Shown here: positions 62,330-64,000 of the stretch, one piece after another
Numbering within the stretch: the first letter of the stretch is position 1
How the letters are laid out: the number at the start of each line of letters is the position of its first letter
Origin: Candidatus Latescibacterota bacterium
GTDB taxonomy: Bacteria; Latescibacterota; UBA2968; UBA8231
Direction of reading: 5' to 3'
Length of the DNA stretch: 64,000 bases
NCBI GenBank assembly: GCA_965261395.1
Contig: OZ253462.1
Span: 1,600,001 to 1,664,000 of the forward strand
Made by a program: the position numbers and the translations under genes
Notes under the pieces: generated by a model
Told to the model about the DNA's origin: nothing
What the model saw: only the letters and a program-made list of their open reading frames with translations
Database searches by the model: none

Positions 62330-63175
62330 ATGGCGTACAAGTTTCAGCCGGGCGTGATGTACCTCATGCCCACTCACTTCGGACCGGTGACGGGACCGCG
62401 GCGCGGCCCCGACGGCAAGGGCTATGCCTGCATCGACACCCCCAAGAGCACCAGCTACTCGGTCAGCTTCCTGACCAACGCCGCACAGCTCGAGGAGCTG
62501 CTGCCGGAGGGGTTCACGCTGCACGGCGAGCCAGTGGTGACGGTGTACCAGACCCACATGAAGGAGATCGAGTGGTTGGCCGGACGCGGCTACAACATGA
62601 TGGGCGTAACCTTTCCGGTGACCTACACCGGCAAGCGCGACCGCGCAATGGGACTGTTGCTGACCGTCCTGTGGGAGAACATGACCGAGCCGATCCTCAC
62701 CGGCCGGGAACAGCTCGGGTTCTCGAAGATCTACTGTGAGCTGCCGGACCCGGCAGTGTGCCGGGGCGAGACCCACGTCACAGCGCACTGGCAGGGGTTT
62801 CGCTTCCTCGACATGAAGCTGACCAACATGCGTGAGGTAGCGCCCGCCGACTATCCGGCGCCGACAGCGCCGCGCACCGACGGCGTGCTGACTGGGCATC
62901 TCCATTACAAGTACATCCCCCGCACCGGCCACTGGGGCGAAGCGGACGTGGCCTCCGCCTGCCTTACCCCGGCGGAGGGCAGCAACAGCCGCCTGACCGG
63001 GTTGTGGACGGGTGACGGGACGGTCGAATTTCACCCGGCGCGCTGGGAGGACATGCCGACCCAGTACATGATTGTCAACGCGTTCCACAACCTAGAGATC
63101 AAGGAATTCCGCGGCGGCACCATCAGCAAGACCGTGGGCAGCAAGGATCTCAGCGACCAGCGCATGCTGGTGTAG
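62330..63175 (+). CDS. Acetoacetate decarboxylase family protein
   Basis: AAGGAG RBS; MPTHFG, LLPEGF, PILTGREQLGFSKI (Schiff-base Lys motif). Confidence 0.85.
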   Translation: MAYKFQPGVMYLMPTHFGPVTGPRRGPDGKGYACIDTPKSTSYSVSFLTNAAQLEELLPEGFTLHGEPVVTVYQTHMKEIEWLAGRGYNMMGVTFPVTYTGKRDRAMGLLLTVLWENMTEPILTGREQLGFSKIYCELPDPAVCRGETHVTAHWQGFRFLDMKLTNMREVAPADYPAPTAPRTDGVLTGHLHYKYIPRTGHWGEADVASACLTPAEGSNSRLTGLWTGDGTVEFHPARWEDMPTQYMIVNAFHNLEIKEFRGGTISKTVGSKDLSDQRMLV

Positions 63176-63193
63176 GGCCGCGGGAAAAGCGCT

Positions 63194-63589
63194 GTGAGGG
63201 GGCTGGATACCAATGTGCTGGTGCGCTATCTGGTGCAGGACGATGCGGCCCAAGCGCGGCGCGCGGTAAAAGAGATCGAAGCGGGATCGGATGCGGGCGA
63301 GATCTATTTTATTGCCGATGTCGTCGTCTGCGAACTGGTGTGGGTGCTCGATCGGGCCTATGGATACAGCCGGGCGCAGATTGGCGGCGCGCTGGAGGGC
63401 ATTTTACAGACGCGCTCATTTCATTTTGTCGACAAAGATCTGCTCTGGCAGGGGCTGGGCGATTACAAAAAGGGCAGGGGTGACTTTGCCGATTATGTGA
63501 TTGGGCGCGTGGGCGAAAAGTCCGGGTGCGAAAAAACGCTAGGTTTTGATCGCGCTTTAAAAGGCGATGTACGATTTGAAGTGCTTTAG
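63194..63589 (+). CDS. vapC: VapC/PIN domain toxin
   Basis: LDTNVLVR, VCELVWVL, DFAD, FD. Confidence 0.9.
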   Translation: MRGLDTNVLVRYLVQDDAAQARRAVKEIEAGSDAGEIYFIADVVVCELVWVLDRAYGYSRAQIGGALEGILQTRSFHFVDKDLLWQGLGDYKKGRGDFADYVIGRVGEKSGCEKTLGFDRALKGDVRFEVL

Positions 63590-63901
63590 GGAAATCCGCA
63601 TGGTATGGTATGGGGAGATTAGTCGCCAAAAATCCAAATGAAAGTCTCTGAATTGGAATTGGTCAGTCGGATGTTCTAAGAGATACCGGGGCAGGGGTAG
63701 CACATGAGGCCATCTCAGCGAAAGTAATTCGCAGGATATGGGAGAGCGATTCCTATCTTGAGTCCGCGATGCGAGCCTACCGAGACTGGGAATGTGATGA
63801 ACTACTGAGTTGAGCAGCAAACCAATCCAAGGACTGCTCCCCCACGTCGGCAAAGGCATACCGAAACTGTGCAAAATTTAGTCTATAGCGAGGAATATCT
63901 C

Positions 63902-64000
63902 ATGTCACTCCACGAACCCTTTACAGAAGAAGAACTATCGCCGATTCTCGAAGACTTTTACAAAAACGGTGCGACCATCATCCGCAACGTCTTATCCCGG
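63902..64000 (+). CDS. Probable phytanoyl-CoA dioxygenase family protein, 3'-truncated by window edge
   Basis: GAGGA RBS; MSLHEPFTEEELSPILEDFYKNGATIIRNVLS resembles the PhyH N-terminus. Confidence 0.55.
   Translation, partial: MSLHEPFTEEELSPILEDFYKNGATIIRNVLSR

Noticed and set aside
63557-63874. 105-aa minus-strand ORF
   Set aside because: No RBS or recognisable motif and it overlaps the vapC end; more likely degraded or intergenic DNA.

Overview
GC-rich bacterial chromosome segment. The gene content (FCB/Latescibacterota- or Gemmatimonadota-like) suggests this lineage, but that is inference only. 1-3.1 kb: 3' end of a Type ISP restriction-modification gene and an FRG-TPR gene. 3.1-7.7 kb: small metabolic genes and gatB. 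7.8-21.3 kb: defence island with a Type I R-M system (XRE-HTH-fused HsdM, HsdS with two similar TRDs, HsdR, YgjP-like protein); between hsdS and hsdR sit an OLD-like ATPase/TOPRIM nuclease, an MNT, AIPR and an AlbA-type pseudogene. 21.4-27.7 kb: catabolic genes. 27.7-51.3 kb: housekeeping core (frr, tsf, rpsB, rpsI, rplM, ispDF, queA, pyrC, rnhB-yraN fusion, aroQ, prmA, mrp, dnaJ, grpE, hrcA, glnA, hemC, cobA-hemD). 51.3-64 kb: accessory patchwork, starting with a 3.2-kb insert bounded by a 376-bp diverged duplication. The strongest finding is missed by the ORF track: a gene at 58363-59031 reads through two in-frame TGA codons in a T-U-V-G-U-P (UxxU) motif, followed by SECIS-like hairpins. It encodes a signal-peptide-bearing, probable outer-membrane beta-barrel double-selenocysteine protein, paired with a YHS/TRASH-TlpA thioredoxin gene.
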